Made by a program: the position numbers and the translations under genes. Below the pieces are notes generated by a model, which had not been told where the DNA came from, ran no database searches, and saw only the letters and a list, made by a program, of their open reading frames with translations. A stretch of DNA of 63,167 bases, the filler included, from Octopus bimaculoides (lineage: Eukaryota), in NCBI RefSeq assembly GCF_001194135.2. It is 13 parts of 10 records of this genome, joined end to end, with 100 filler letters (N's around TTAATTAATTAA, not from the genome) between each part and the next. Parts side by side here need not be neighbours in the genome. Positions count along the whole stretch, not along the records: positions 6,323 to 20,214 come from NC_068990.1; positions 20,315 to 33,069 come from NC_069003.1; 11 more parts are not named here. One strand, written 5' to 3'. Positions within the stretch are counted from its first letter, which is position 1, and each line of letters starts with the position of its first letter. This document shows, one piece after another, positions 11,290 to 23,621 of the stretch.

Positions 11290-11980
11290 GGAGATTGTTG
11301 GAGTAATCTGTCAAAGACGACTAAGACTTGGCAACTACAGCATCAAGAGGTGAAAAAAATGTTGATAGCAGGAGCAAGGGGGAGCTCATAGTGCAAACGA
11401 TCCGTGAATCAACAGAGACGAATCGCTGGGTGACGGCTTTAGGACTTGCCCACCAAGGGCAATAGATATAGAGGGACCAGGTATTGCCCTGAGTTTCCAG
11501 AAAGAACTCTGGAGCACTGACCGTGGAAGGTTGTTCTTCCTCTTTTGTTCTTTCGCTGACCTCTTGTCAACTCCAAATAACCTTAAAATATGGGGCAAAG
11601 AAGTAGATCCTGCAGTGCGGAACAATTCTTTGCAGCCTGAACCACATTTTGACCGGATTTCTTAAGTCTCAGGGAGAGAACCGATACAAGTGTAGACATG
11701 ACAAAGACCTTGTAGATATTGCCAAATAGAATGATCTGCAAACGGTGAAGACTAATAAACAGCAGTCATCACCAAAAGGTATCAAATTCCTAAAGAAAAG
11801 CAACAAAGCTCCCAAGCAAAGGCAGGGTATCCGTTTTATATTTGCGTTCAGGGTCTGGGGTGTAGACTTGTCTTCCCAGAGGAGACAGCAGTAACATTAC
11901 TCCGACCGAACACGTTCCTGCTCTTCGGAAATACAAAAACAATCAATCATCATGGTTGAATAAGTTCAACTATGTTCTTT
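11290..11980 (+). mobile_element. Decayed HERO/NeSL-like (R2 superfamily) non-LTR retrotransposon fragment
   Basis: Remnants QEIVGVICQRRLRLG, ALGLAHQGQ*, ELWSTDRGRLFFL..DLLSTPNNLKIWGKEVDP, SLNHILTG, GENRYKCRHDK and RPNTFLL follow the post-RT, CCHC and REL motif order of these elements. Confidence 0.7.
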
Positions 11981-12124
11981 GTTAACTTGGGTGGGGAGAT
12001 TTTTAAAATAAGTTCCTTGTTAACTTTTTGGGAGAACTTTCTCGCATTCGTTGTCAAACTGATCTGAAGATTTAAAAATTAAAAAATAATAAATTAAACT
12101 GATTAGAAATCATTCGTTTTCCCT

Positions 12125-12188
<64 letters not shown>

Positions 12189-13063
12189 NNNNNNNNNNNN
12201 NNNNNNNNNNNNNNNNNNNNNNNNNNNNNNNNNNNNNNNNNNNNNNNNNNNNNNNNNNNNNNNNNNNNNNNNNNNNNNNNNNNNNNNNNNNNNNNNNNNN
12301 NNNNNNNNNNNNNNNNNNNNNNNNNNNNNNNNNNNNNNNNNNNNNNNNNNNNNNNNNNNNNNNNNNNNNNNNNNNNNNNNNNNNNNNNNNNNNNNNNNNN
12401 NNNNNNNNNNNNNNNNNNNNNNNNNNNNNNNNNNNNNNNNNNNNNNNNNNNNNNNNNNNNNNNNNNNNNNNNNNNNNNNNNNNNNNNNNNNNNNNNNNNN
12501 NNNNNNNNNNNNNNNNNNNNNNNNNNNNNNNNNNNNNNNNNNNNNNNNNNNNNNNNNNNNNNNNNNNNNNNNNNNNNNNNNNNNNNNNNNNNNNNNNNNN
12601 NNNNNNNNNNNNNNNNNNNNNNNNNNNNNNNNNNNNNNNNNNNNNNNNNNNNNNNNNNNNNNNNNNNNNNNNNNNNNNNNNNNNNNNNNNNNNNNNNNNN
12701 NNNNNNNNNNNNNNNNNNNNNNNNNNNNNNNNNNNNNNNNNNNNNNNNNNNNNNNNNNNNNNNNNNNNNNNNNNNNNNNNNNNNNNNNNNNNNNNNNNNN
12801 NNNNNNNNNNNNNNNNNNNNNNNNNNNNNNNNNNNNNNNNNNNNNNNNNNNNNNNNNATGAAATTTTATGTGTGACATTATAAAATTACAAATTGGTCAA
12901 AATATTTCTTGTTTTTATAATTGGAAGATGCCAAGGAAAATTTTTCGATTTTTGAATTTAATGCAATTGTAATTGTCCATTTGTTATGGATTAGATGTGC
13001 ACGGGTTCTAATTCCAAGAATACCTATTCAATATTTATTTAATGTATAATTTATGTCACTAGG

Positions 13064-13364
13064 AGCACTCCGTCGGTTACGACGACGAAGGTCCCAGCTG
13101 ATACGATCAACGGAACAGCTTGCTCGTGAAATTAATGTGCAGGTGGCTGAGCACTCCACAGACACGTGTACCCCTAACGTAGTTCTCAGGAAGATTCAGC
13201 GTGACACAGAGTGTGACATAGCCGGCCCTTTGAATTACAGGTACAACTCAATTTTGCCAGCTGAGTGGACTGGAGCAATGTGAAATAAAGTGTCTTACTC
13301 AAGGATACAACGCGTCACCGGGAATTGAACACACGACCTTACGATCGTGAGCCGAATGCCCTAA
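13064..13364 (-). mobile_element. tRNA-derived SINE copy (family of 34312-34699), internally deleted
   Basis: Same 3' body, plus a tRNA-like head (gtcgtgtgttcaattcccgg on the minus strand). Confidence 0.8.
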
Positions 13365-14298
13365 ATAATTCTAATTAATTTATGAATCAATCTATTTATA
13401 ATTATCACCTTATATTTTGATATCTCAAAAAATAACAATTATAAGATGCTGGTGTTATTTCGTCGCCCATTGTAGCTAAATATGTTACTTAAGGAGTTCC
13501 TTTGGAGCAAAAAAATACTTCGAGTAATATTGGAAACTAAAACTAGAGCAGGAATTCTTCACCGGGATTATAGTGCCTCTTTGGGGTCGTTCTGCGAAAA
13601 TATGAAACGGGTATTAGGGTGATGAGGTGGCCGGATGATTTGTGGAGTTTTAGTTTTTCTCAGAAATAAAAAATTTATATAACGTACTATATTCATATCT
13701 AAAATTTATGTTTTGAGAACTTCAGAATCATCGCAACTGATGTAGCAAGGTCCAATATAATTTGATTATAAAAGTCCACAGCTTCTTAAGTAATTTCACA
13801 AAGAGGACACTAATCCACTCAAACGTCTATATGTAGGGGGACATTGTGTTGTGAGAGAGTCGAAAACATGACCTTGGTGGTGCAGCAAGGTCCAGTACGG
13901 TTTCATTATAGAAGTCTGCGCTTTCTTAAGTAATTTACGATAAAAATCTAGCACATGAAGCACCATTCCATACAAATATTTAAAAAGTCTTTTATGCTGG
14001 ATGAGAATAGTTTAAGAATATTTAGATAATTAAACCACTTTTCCAAGTAGACTTCTATTTAATTAGAATAATTTTTTTGTTTCGATTCCAAAACATGTGA
14101 AAGGGCCGATTGTAAGAGGCCTTTTATTGAAAGGAGCAGGAGACTTTGGAAACTAGTTATAAAGGGTGGAGACGTGATGGTCACGGTTTCGATCATTGAC
14201 AGAGCCAAAGCTGGCAACTAAAGATTTTAATACAAATGTATGTATATGAAATACATATGTACCTATATGAAGGAGTGAGAAAAGGGAGAGAGAGAGAG

Positions 14299-14384
<86 letters not shown>

Positions 14385-16929
14385 TGTGTCTACGTGCATA
14401 CGTCTGTTCAATTTCCTATAACGGTATTAGCATTGTAAGTGCAATAACTTCAGTCCGGGCGCGGGAAGAAACATTACTTACCTCGCTTGGATTCATGTGT
14501 GAATGATGGTCCAAGGGAAATAATTAAATTTAATACGAACTATTTTGAGAGTTATTTCCCTTATGCAGGGTACATCACGATGTTTCTGTAATTCACGTTT
14601 TTCTTCATTTTTTAAATATTTTTATATCATATTTTCATAATTTTCAATTTTCTTTTAGTTTTAACTTCCTTATCCTTTTATATTTTACATATTTTTAAGT
14701 TGTCAACTTTTTCTGAGTTTTCGCATCTTCACTAATTTATTTTCATTCACATCCTGCCCACATTTGATAAGAAATACGAAGATTAATTAAACAAATAATA
14801 AACATTAATCGTTTCCGATAAACAATGATGTGTTGTTTATCCTCAGTTTGCGTAAGTGAATGAGGAACAAATCTCGCGGATGAACAGCGATTTCGCTTAA
14901 GCCGTTAGAACGGAAGATAGAAATGCTTGCGATATTTGCTCGAGTCCCTGCGCTCAAATCACATCGAAGCCAAATTCGCTTTTGGCCTCTTCGAGATGGT
15001 TGTGAGCTCGATTGAGTAAAATGTCAGGTACGAGTGTGCCGAGATGGCATAGCGGTTTCAATTCCTGTTTAAAGTTAATTAGCTTCACCAAACATCGTTA
15101 ATAGCTTTGAGAAAAATATAAATGCCACATGTTATTTTCGCATCTCTAATAAACTGGAACGATAGAGCAAGAGGAGAGAATATTTATTAGAATATTTAAT
15201 GCAAATAATGAAGAGAGAAATATATAAATAAAACTCATTTGTCTCCCGGTTCAATATCTTAACCTGGTCATTGTATATCGTTAATGGAATCCACTCTGTT
15301 GCAAGACTGGAACCAGGTCTTCAGTTTAAGAATATCTTCTTCCATTTTTTCTTCTCATCTTGAAATTACTGAAAGAACGTGAACGGTGCTGTCCATCCTT
15401 GTTTGACGAAACCCCTCCTCCTCTCTTCTTCTCCTTCTTCCCCTTCTTCTCCTTCTTCTCCTTCTTCCCCTTCTTCTTCTTCTTCTTGCTGTTGTTGTTG
15501 AAGTTACTATTATTATTATTGTTATTATTTGCGAAGGAGGCGAGCTGGCAGAATAGTTAGCACGCAGCTGAAATGTTTAGTGGTATTTTCTCTGCCTTCA
15601 GGTTCTGAGTTCAAATTCCACCGACGTCAACTTATCCTTTTGAGGTCGATAAACTAAGTACCAGTGAAACACTGGGGTCAATGTAATCGACTAGTCCCCT
15701 CCCAGAAAATTTCAGGCCTTGTGTCTATAGTAGAAAGGATTATTATTATTGTTGAGTGAGAGAGTAGGGCATGCCATCTTCCTTCCTCTTCTTTCTTCTT
15801 CGTGATTTTCTTCTTTATTTTTTTTAAAAAGTCATGTTTTGTGTTCCTAAGAAAAGCAATGCTTCAAAAATTAAAGAAATCATTTTTCTTTCTAATTGTG
15901 AATTGAGAGAAGCGGTGGAGCGCCGGAGAGTATTCATGTGTTGAGGTATTTTAAAATCAATTGAATTCACCAATTCTTATGATCAACTTTTAGGATAGAA
16001 AGGGATCGATAGAAATATCGTTCATCAGNNNNNNNNNNNNNNNNNNNNNNNNNNNNNNNNNNNNNNNNNNNNNNNNNNNNNNNNNNNNNNNNNNNNNNNN
16101 NNNNNNNNNNNNNNNNNNNNNNNNNNNNNNNNNNNNNNNNNNNNNNNNNNNNNNNNNNNNNNNNNNNNNNNNNNNNNNNNNNNNNNNNNNNNNNNNNNNN
16201 NNNNNNNNNNNNNNNNNNNNNNNNNNNNNNNNNNNNNNNNNNNNNNNNNNNNNNNNNNNNNNNNNNNNNNNNNNNNNNNNNNNNNNNNNNNNNNNNNNNN
16301 NNNNNNNNNNNNNNNNNNNNNNNNNNNNNNNNNNNNNNNNNNNNNNNNNNNNNNNNNNNNNNNNNNNNNNNNNNNNNNNNNNNNNNNNNNNNNNNNNNNN
16401 NNNNNNNNNNNNNNNNNNNNNNNNNNNNNNNNNNNNNNNNNNNNNNNNNNNNNNNNNNNNNNNNNNNNNNNNNNNNNNNNNNNNNNNNNNNNNNNNNNNN
16501 NNNNNNNNNNNNNNNNNNNNNNNNNNNNNNNNNNNNNNNNNNNNNNNNNNNNNNNNNNNNNNNNNNNNNNNNNNNNNNNNNNNNNNNNNNNNNNNNNNNN
16601 NNNNNNNNNNNNNNNNNNNNNNNNNNNNNNNNNNNNNNNNNNNNNNNNNNNNNNNNNNNNNNNNNNNNNNNNNNNNNNNNNNNNNNNNNNNNNNNNNNNN
16701 NNNNNNNNNNNNNNNNNNNNNNNNNNNNNNNNNNNNNNNNNNNNNNNNNNNNNNNNNNNNNNNNNNNNNNNNNNNNNNNNNNNNNNNNNNNNNNNNNNNN
16801 NNNNNNNNNNNNNNNNNNNNNNNNNNNNNNNNNNNNNNNNNNNNNNNNNNNNNNNNNNNNNNNNNNNNNNNNNNNNNNNNNNNNNNNNNNNNNNNNNNNN
16901 NNNNNNNNNNNNNNNNNNNNNGTGTAGAG

Positions 16930-17480
16930 AGAGAGAGGGGGGGGAGAGGTTATGAGTGGTAATGGTGTCAAGAAGACCCAAAGGTGTCAGGTAATGCTGA
17001 GTAAGTGCTATGGACAGACCATAGTTAAGCTCCAGGTTCGGGGATTATGCGAATGAGGAGTCCAACGTAGGTCATATATCAGCATGTGTATATATAAAAA
17101 CATTAACAGAATGAGATAAAAATCGAAGGCTGTGAAAGATTTTAGAACATTTATAAAGAGAACATTTATAAATAGGTCTTACAGCTGTTTCCGGGATATT
17201 TTATATATCCCTTCATCGGAGACGGTGTGAGAAAATGGTTAAGCAATAGTTATTCTAGATAAGATATGAAATAGAGAGTAAAATGGAGGAATGAAAATAT
17301 ACGTGAGATATGCAGGGATATTGCATCTGTAGATCCATTATTTAGGCAGAATGGTATACATATAAGATTCCAATACCTTGTGAGTAAGTTCCAATAGTAT
17401 TTAAAATTGGTCATTCCAAGTATAGAGTTTTTACACGGTGTTATTGAATCGAGGGTTTTATTTAAAGTGACTTAAAAGTT
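16930..17480 (-). mobile_element. Penelope-like terminal region carrying a hammerhead fold
   Basis: Contains the ...CCGATGAAGGG...CCCGGAAACAGCTGTAAGAC motif typical of Penelope pseudo-LTRs. No intact ORF; boundaries approximate. Confidence 0.5.
17176..17223 (-). ncRNA. Minimal type I hammerhead ribozyme, U4C core variant
   Basis: GUCU-CCGAUGA-A-GGGAUAU-AUAAA-AUAUCCC-G-GAAA-CAGCUG-UA-AGAC: stem I GUCU/AGAC, 7-bp stem II, palindromic stem III, GUA cleavage triplet. Confidence 0.65.
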
Positions 17481-17985
17481 GGGGATGTTATTTCTAAGGT
17501 CAAATCGAAAACAGGAAGAGAGGAACAAAGAAAAGGAAAAAAGAAAAAAGGAAAAGAGAAAGGCGGAGAGAAAGATAATAAAGAAATGAAGAGAGGGACA
17601 GTGTACTGGTTAGTGGTCAGTCAAGATAAATTGATAGAGGGAATGGGGAGGTGAGGGTGATAGAGAGAGAAAGATATGATAGTGTAAAAAGATGATAGGG
17701 TAATGGAGTGTCAGATAGAAGGAATGGGAGGGCGATAGGTGATAGAGAGAGAGAGGTATGAAAGTGTAAAGAGTAAAGGAGTGTCATGTATGTAGTGATA
17801 GAACCTAAGTGAGGGGCAGAGAGGGGTAGTAAAATGGTGGAATGAAGAATTTGGGAATATAGGTTATTATAAAAATCGACACTGCTTCGCAAAAACCTTC
17901 GCAGTAAAAACACACGAAAGTTTGTTTACAAAAACAACACTACGAACTAATTATAGTTCTTAAATCTGACGGAATGAAGCAGGTT

Positions 17986-18056
17986 GGTGCGCTAGTGTAA
18001 TGGCAGCATTCTTGTCGCGAAGACAAAGAAGTGTGAGTTCGAGACCCACGCGTATG
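17986..18056 (+). pseudogene. tRNA-like cloverleaf (pseudo-tRNA or SINE head) followed by a T6 terminator
   Basis: A-box TAGTGTAATGG and B-box-like AGTTCGAGACC. Acceptor, D, anticodon and T stems mostly pair, but the anticodon loop (CGCGAAG) lacks U33. Oligo-T lies ~10 nt downstream. Confidence 0.45.
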
Positions 18057-18954
18057 GGAAAACCTACTTTTTTCCGTCGATTATTATTGCCCCATTACTA
18101 AACTATTTCCTTTAATCATTGCACCGCGGTGATCGCTTATAAGCTTTAAGCTTATAAAATACTTATATCATTATTTACAGAATTGTAAAAATCGACGCCG
18201 CTTAAACAAAAACTATGAAGTAGCATAGCATTACGTTTACTTCTTTTTCATTTATAGTTATAATATAGTTATACCTTNNNNNNNNNNNNNNNNNNNNNNN
18301 NNNNNNNNNNNNNNNNNNNNNNNNNNNNNNNNNNNNNNNNNNNNNNNNNNNNNNNNNNNNNNNNNNNNNNNNNNNNNNNNNNNNNNNNNNNNNNNNNNNN
18401 NNNNNNNNNNNNNNNNNNNNNNNNNNNNNNNNNNNNNNNNNNNNNNNNNNNNNNNNNNNNNNNNNNNNNNNNNNNNNNNNNNNNNNNNNNNNNNNNNNNN
18501 NNNNNNNNNNNNNNNNNNNNNNNNNNNNNNNNNNNNNNNNNNNNNNNNNNNNNNNNNNNNNNNNNNNNNNNNNNNNNNNNNNNNNNNNNNNNNNNNNNNN
18601 NNNNNNNNNNNNNNNNNNNNNNNNNNNNNNNNNNNNNNNNNNNNNNNNNNNNNNNNNNNNNNNNNNNNNNNNNNNNNNNNNNNNNNNNNNNNNNNNNNNN
18701 NNNNNNNNNNNNNNNNNNNNNNNNNNNNNNNNNNNNNNNNNNNNNNNNNNNNNNNNNNNNNNNNNNNNNNNNNNNNNNNNNNNNNNNNNNNNNNNNNNNN
18801 NNNNNNNNNNNNNNNNNNNNNNNNNNNNNNNNNNNNNNNNNNNNNNNNNNNNNNNNNNNNNNNNNNNNNNNNNNNNNNNNNNNNNNNNNNNNNNNNNNNN
18901 NNNNNNNNNNNNNNNNNNNNNNNNNNNNNNNNNNNNNNNNNNNNNNNNNNNNNN

Positions 18955-19024
<70 letters not shown>

Positions 19025-19820
19025 TGTGAATATAAATGTGTGTGTGTAGATAGATAGATTTTATATTATATATGTTTCTCTAATTATGCACACACACACA
19101 CACACACACACATTATATTTGTTCATATGTATGCGTGTATGTATATACTTATGTATATAGTTAAACGTAATTGTTTTGCATATATTAAACAAAAGAACAT
19201 TAAGCGAATGAAGGAATCAATATATATGTAATACGTATTGTAGCTTATTGACAGTAACTTCGAAGTTTCGCCGCTGATGACTTATTCAAACTCGCATTTA
19301 CAATAAGTTACTGACGGCAAAATTATCTACAATATAAGCGGTTTATCTCTCTTCTATTTCTCTCTCTCTCTCCATCTCTCTCTCACTGTCTCTCTATCTC
19401 TCTCTCTCTATCTATCTATCTATCACTCGCTTGCCCTCTCACCCTCGCTTTCTTTCTCTCCTTACACATACATACACACATACATACATACATACATACA
19501 TACATACATACATACATACATACATACATACATACACACATACATACGTATATATTACGGAGATGTACTTGCATTGCAAGCGACCTGAACTGAGATCGTG
19601 TGCTGGAAACAATTGCAGCGAATCTAACTTGAAGTGAATCTAACAGTTTTTTGCGTGTTTCTTAAATGGCTTATTAACACCTTCCACGCTGCAATTGTAT
19701 AAATATATATATACCGGAGTAAGCACATAAATGTAAAACAAGATGGAAAAAAAGAGTACTCAAATACCAGAGGTGGAGTAATATGCTTCATTTAGAAGTT
19801 GCAGAAATATTCTAACAAAA

Positions 19821-19858
19821 CTGTCCGACGAACGGGAACGTGAAACTCTGAGTAACAG
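19821..19858 (+). ncRNA. Minimal type I hammerhead ribozyme, U4C core variant
   Basis: CUGU-CCGACGA-ACG-GGAA-CGU-GAAA-CUCUGAG-UA-ACAG: stem I CUGU/ACAG, stem II closed by a GNRA tetraloop, stem III, GUA triplet. Confidence 0.7.
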
Positions 19859-19957
19859 CTTTTGTGACATTTCTGCTTCTTTTGAATAAAGTATATATAT
19901 ATATATATATATAGTGTGTATATATATATCTGTAATATATATATATATATATATGTA

Positions 19958-20111
19958 ATATAATATGTGACAATTATTCGGTTGCCATAATGAGACTCCG
20001 AGTTTCAGATGTCGGGGCGGAAACCTTCTACGGCATTTCGTTAGTTATCGAGGCAATCAAAAAATGCTCAGAGTCTTTATAAGGCAACCGAATAATTGTC
20101 ACATATTATAT
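19958..20111. repeat. ~45-bp inverted repeat (MITE-like hairpin)
   Basis: atataatatgtgacaattattcggttgcc... pairs with ...ggcaaccgaataattgtcacatattatat; the first 29 bp are perfect. Confidence 0.8.
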
Positions 20112-20595
20112 CAGAGATAAATTCCTCTATTTATATAATATCGACATCTCTTTCATTTTTTTGTTGTCATTCTATTAATATTTATATTAATATATATATA
20201 TATATATATATATANNNNNNNNNNNNNNNNNNNNNNNNNNNNNNNNNNNNNNNNNNNNTTAATTAATTAANNNNNNNNNNNNNNNNNNNNNNNNNNNNNN
20301 NNNNNNNNNNNNNNATATATATATATATAGGAGTGGCTGTGTGGTTAGAAGCTTGCTTACCAAACCACATGGTTCTGGGTTCAGTCCCATTGCATGACAC
20401 CTTGTGCAAGTATCTTCTTCAATAGCCTCAAGCCGACCAAAGCCTTATGAGTGGATTTGGTAGACGGAAACTGAAAGAATCCTGTCGTAAATGTATATAT
20501 TTATTTATTTATGTGTGTGTGTGTGTTTATAAGTAAGAATACTGCGGGGAGGACTGGCAAAAACAGTACTCGAACACCAGAGGTAGAGTAATATG

Positions 20596-20745
20596 CTTTA
20601 TTAAAAAGCAGCAAAAATATCACAAAAACTGTTACTCAGAGTTTCACGTTCCCGTTCGCCGATTCTAAACAAAACTGTCCGGCGAACGGGGACGTGAAAC
20701 GCTGAGTAACAGGTTCTGTGTTATTTCTGCTACTTTTTAATAAAG
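20596..20745. mobile_element. Penelope-like terminal foldback (66-nt arms) with sense and antisense hammerhead copies
   Basis: Arms 20596-20661 and 20680-20745 are reverse complements (~89% by eye). Same family as 19821-19858; the plus-strand core here is CCGGCGA. Confidence 0.7.
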
Positions 20746-23153
20746 TACACACACACACGCATATATATATATATATATATACATGCATGCATGTATTTAA
20801 ATACACAGATCTCAGCTCTCATTTCTTCATACAAGGTTGTTATTGTTTAATTTATAAATGCATGCGTATGTATATACACACATACATATGCATGTATATT
20901 CATACATATATATATATATATATATACATATGTATGTATGTATATATATGTGTGTGTATGTATATATATATATATATATTCTTCTTTCCAGCAATTGGTA
21001 TTATTCACATGTTTAAGCCAAGCTAATATGTATATTAAAGGAAAGATACCATCTATATACACTCTGTCTATATTTACTAAATTTAACATCAATTGTACGT
21101 GCTGAATGCATGAAAACATTTTTTGTATTTAATATGTTGTTGATTTTGTTGTTGTCCTTTCTGCCGCTGTTTTCAACATTTCTCAAGGCAGTATTCATGT
21201 GAGGACACAATGGCGTGCGGTGCATTGATTTACTTTCCTTTTGGTGCCGGGGTTCGAATCTCACTGAAGTCTATCTTCTGTTTGATTCTTCAGAAGTCAA
21301 TATACTGAAATTGGATTTAATCGTTGAAACTGGCGGGATCAAAAGCACAGTATGAACCTTTTAGTCGAGAATTTCGCTTCCTAGCCTCGTGGTGCCGGGT
21401 TCAATCCAAACGTCTATACCTTACTACTGAAATTGGTTACACGGAAACTGTATAGAATCCCATTCAATATATTTGTAGCTGTCTTTCAAAATGTATTCCC
21501 TTGTAGGAGTGTATTCTGCTCCCACGTTTTTTGGCAGAAATCTGTCAAAAAACTTAGCAGCGGACTCATTGTAAATATTTGCTCCCTGTTGATGATATGA
21601 ATATGTTTCAATATCTAACTTGTCCTTTATGCTTGAGGTCTATGCGGTCATCTGATGAGAACGGTTTTCTTCGTAATCATGTAATGCTTTCATTGATCTA
21701 TTCATGGAGTTGTCAAACATTTACTCAATTTTGTTGATCCAAATTTTGACAGCATCGAAACACGGGCTATAGCAGGGCTATGGGTCCTCGCTAAGAAATG
21801 TGAAACAAGTAATTTGCATTATATCTTCCCTGAGCATGTGAAGTGAAACAAATTCAGAAATGGTGAACATTAAATTATCAGATTCCACTGTCGTGACCTC
21901 CGATTTCTATCATACTTCAATTTTATTGTTTTAGGACAATTAATTCTCACTTTTTACAAAGGTAAGCTGCATATCAAACGACAGTCCTTCCTTTGTGTAG
22001 TGGATGGTTATGATTTCCTGAGTAATATATTTTGAAAGTATGTCTACTGGAAAATATCTGCTGATCTAGGAAAAAAAAACGACAGTGTCATTATACAAAT
22101 GCTTATGCAGACGACACCGTTGCGCGTTAGTTAAATGGCTATGAATATAACGCTCTATCGTTCGTTCTCTCGCTTAATCAGATGAACATAAAACAGCAGA
22201 AAGGAAATGCTCGTTTAATTCACTTTTAAAACCTTATTGACTTCAATGATTTAAACAACTGAAAAAGTACTTTTCATTGATTTCAGTGACCCCTAAACAC
22301 GTATTTATTTACACACCAAACAATAGTAATCTAGAGGAGGTCGTTTACTGACAATAAGTACAAGCAGACAAATGGCAGACGTTAAGAAATCTTAAACAAT
22401 ATTTCAGTTGGAGCTGTGATTTATTCATTCGGCAGACGATTGCTAAAAGGAGGAGGTGGGGTCACTTAAAACATCGACGAAGTTTAACGTAGAAACGTCA
22501 TTCGCATCACACACAGAAACTGGTGGTGCCATTATACATATATGCACTCGTTCGTATATATATATATATATATATATNNNNNNNNNNNNNNNNNNNNNNN
22601 NNNNNNNNNNNNNNNNNNNNNNNNNNNNNNNNNNNNNNNNNNNNNNNNNNNNNNNNNNNNNNNNNNNNNNNNNNNNNNNNNNNNNNNNNNNNNNNNNNNN
22701 NNNNNNNNNNNNNNNNNNNNNNNNNNNNNNNNNNNNNNNNNNNNNNNNNNNNNNNNNNNNNNNNNNNNNNNNNNNNNNNNNNNNNNNNNNNNNNNNNNNN
22801 NNNNNNNNNNNNNNNNNNNNNNNNNNNNNNNNNNNNNNNNNNNNNNNNNNNNNNNNNNNNNNNNNNNNNNNNNNNNNNNNNNNNNNNNNNNNNNNNNNNN
22901 NNNNNNNNNNNNNNNNNNNNNNNNNNNNNNNNNNNNNNNNNNNNNNNNNNNNNNNNNNNNNNNNNNNNNNNNNNNNNNNNNNNNNNNNNNNNNNNNNNNN
23001 NNNNNNNNNNNNNNNNNNNNNNNNNNNNNNNNNNNNNNNNNNNNNNNNNNNNNNNNNNNNNNNNNNNNNNNNNNNNNNNNNNNNNNNNNNNNNNNNNNNN
23101 NNNNNNNNNNNNNNNNNNNNNNNNNNNNNNNNNNNNNNNNNNNNNNNNNNNNN

Positions 23154-23190
<37 letters not shown>

Positions 23191-23409
23191 TGCACACACA
23201 TATACACAGAGAAAGAGATAGATAGATAAATAGCTACATAGACAGACGAACAGATAGGTAGATAGATTAAATATTTACTTGCATACATGCATATATGTGC
23301 ATACATATGCATCTGTGTGGATATGTGTGAGTGTATATGTATGTATATATATGTGTGTGGATATATATATATATATATATACGTATATAGCTACATACAC
23401 GTGTGAGTC

Positions 23410-23445
<36 letters not shown>

Positions 23446-23581
23446 CACGTGTATATGTGGGTATGATGTGTGTGGGTGTGTGTAACTCTTCATAAAGTCG
23501 ACATTTCAGAAGCAGGTGTGATACAATAAAATCAACGACAAAAATCGCAAAAACAAACAACCCAAACACACCTATATTAAT

Positions 23582-23621
<40 letters not shown>

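Noticed and set aside
19255-19300. CTGATGA on the plus strand and GAAACTTCGAAGTT on the minus strand
   Set aside because: The core elements are on opposite strands or incomplete; no full topology.
21540-22070. Possible decayed coding fragment (ITCFTF...YSPCFDAVKIW), faintly like a cytidine-deaminase SPCxxC motif
   Set aside because: Multiple stops, second Cys absent, no HxE motif; indistinguishable from chance.
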